Positions 43,668 to 43,908 of a DNA stretch of 43,908 nucleotides are shown here, piece after piece. This stretch comes from an uncultured bacterium (GTDB lineage: Bacteria > Omnitrophota > Omnitrophia > Omnitrophales > Aquincolibacteriaceae). The notes below the pieces were generated by a model, which worked only from the letters and a program-made list of their open reading frames with translations, ran no database searches and was not told the origin of the DNA. The translations under genes were made by a program, and so were the position numbers. The DNA is taken from contig CAYRBY010000009.1 of NCBI GenBank assembly GCA_964422635.1, positions 1 to 43,908 on the forward strand, given 5' to 3'. Positions within the stretch are counted from its first letter, which is position 1. Each line of letters starts with the position of its first letter.

Positions 43668-43908
43668 TAGTCTTCTCCTTCCGGATCATAATGAATCGTC
43701 ACATCGGCACCCGCATATTGTCCTTTTATTTCCCTGACAAGGGACTCTGTAATGGCATGCGCTTTTCTAAAATCTTCCTCATCCCGGATTACAATATGAA
43801 AATCCAGAAAGATTTTGGCGCCGACCCTCCGGCTTCTAAACTCATGAATTCCTACAATTTGGGGGTGATGTGCCTGAATCAGGGCCGAAATTTCCTGTTT
43901 TGTCACGG
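43667..43908 (-). CDS. cation diffusion facilitator transporter, C-terminal cytoplasmic domain only (gene starts beyond window end)
   Basis: The reading frame is open to the window edge. IHEFRSRRVGAKIFLDFHIVIRDEEDFRKAHAITESLVREIK...DVTIHYDP is a typical CDF C-terminal (ZT_dimer) domain. The track's GTG start at 43906 is probably an edge artefact. Confidence 0.75.
   Translation of the reverse strand, partial: VTKQEISALIQAHHPQIVGIHEFRSRRVGAKIFLDFHIVIRDEEDFRKAHAITESLVREIKGQYAGADVTIHYDPEGED

Overview
Gene-dense chromosomal segment with moderate GC, from a diderm-type bacterium. OmpA-like and LolA-like proteins and lipoprotein boxes support the diderm call, and the lineage is probably uncultivated. 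About 85% of the genes are on the minus strand. Many junctions overlap by 1-4 nt (TAATG, ATGA, GTGA, TTGA).

Gene content, low to high coordinate:
- A purine operon read right to left: tRNA-Glu, purB, purC, purS, purQ, purL (purL runs off the window).
- A Xer-type recombinase and ligA.
- An accessory-looking patch: acylphosphatase, three MORN-repeat paralogues, a GST, a fatty-acid-hydroxylase::creatininase fusion, a VanZ-like protein and small hypotheticals.
- pncB, a CheY-like receiver, thiD and a Ski2-like DExH helicase.
- A dcw cluster, murE-murF-mraY-murD-ftsW-murG-murC-murB-ddl-ftsQ-ftsA. Within the window it lacks ftsZ at one end and mraZ/rsmH/ftsL/ftsI at the other.
- An OmpA-like lipoprotein and a GAF/HD-GYP protein whose HD dyad looks degenerate.
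- A chained trio: ORC-like ATPase, HIT hydrolase, dGTPase-like hydrolase.
- A secreted trypsin-like protease, a LolA-like protein and a small helical secreted protein.
- An orphan PtsN-like EIIA with a coiled-coil partner.
- A CusRS-like two-component system and the end of a CDF transporter.

I saw no rRNA, CRISPR array, IS element or phage genes.

Observations most worth follow-up:
1. The ATPase-HIT-dGTPase chain with the degenerate HD-GYP next to it.
2. The hydroxylase::creatininase fusion, bracketed by two copies of a ~38-nt promoter-like motif.
3. The ftsZ-less dcw cluster, whose FtsA has degenerate nucleotide-binding motifs.
4. Three phased 11-bp direct repeats between the OmpR-family two-component system and the EIIA operon.

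All homology calls rest on by-eye motif recognition. No searches were run.
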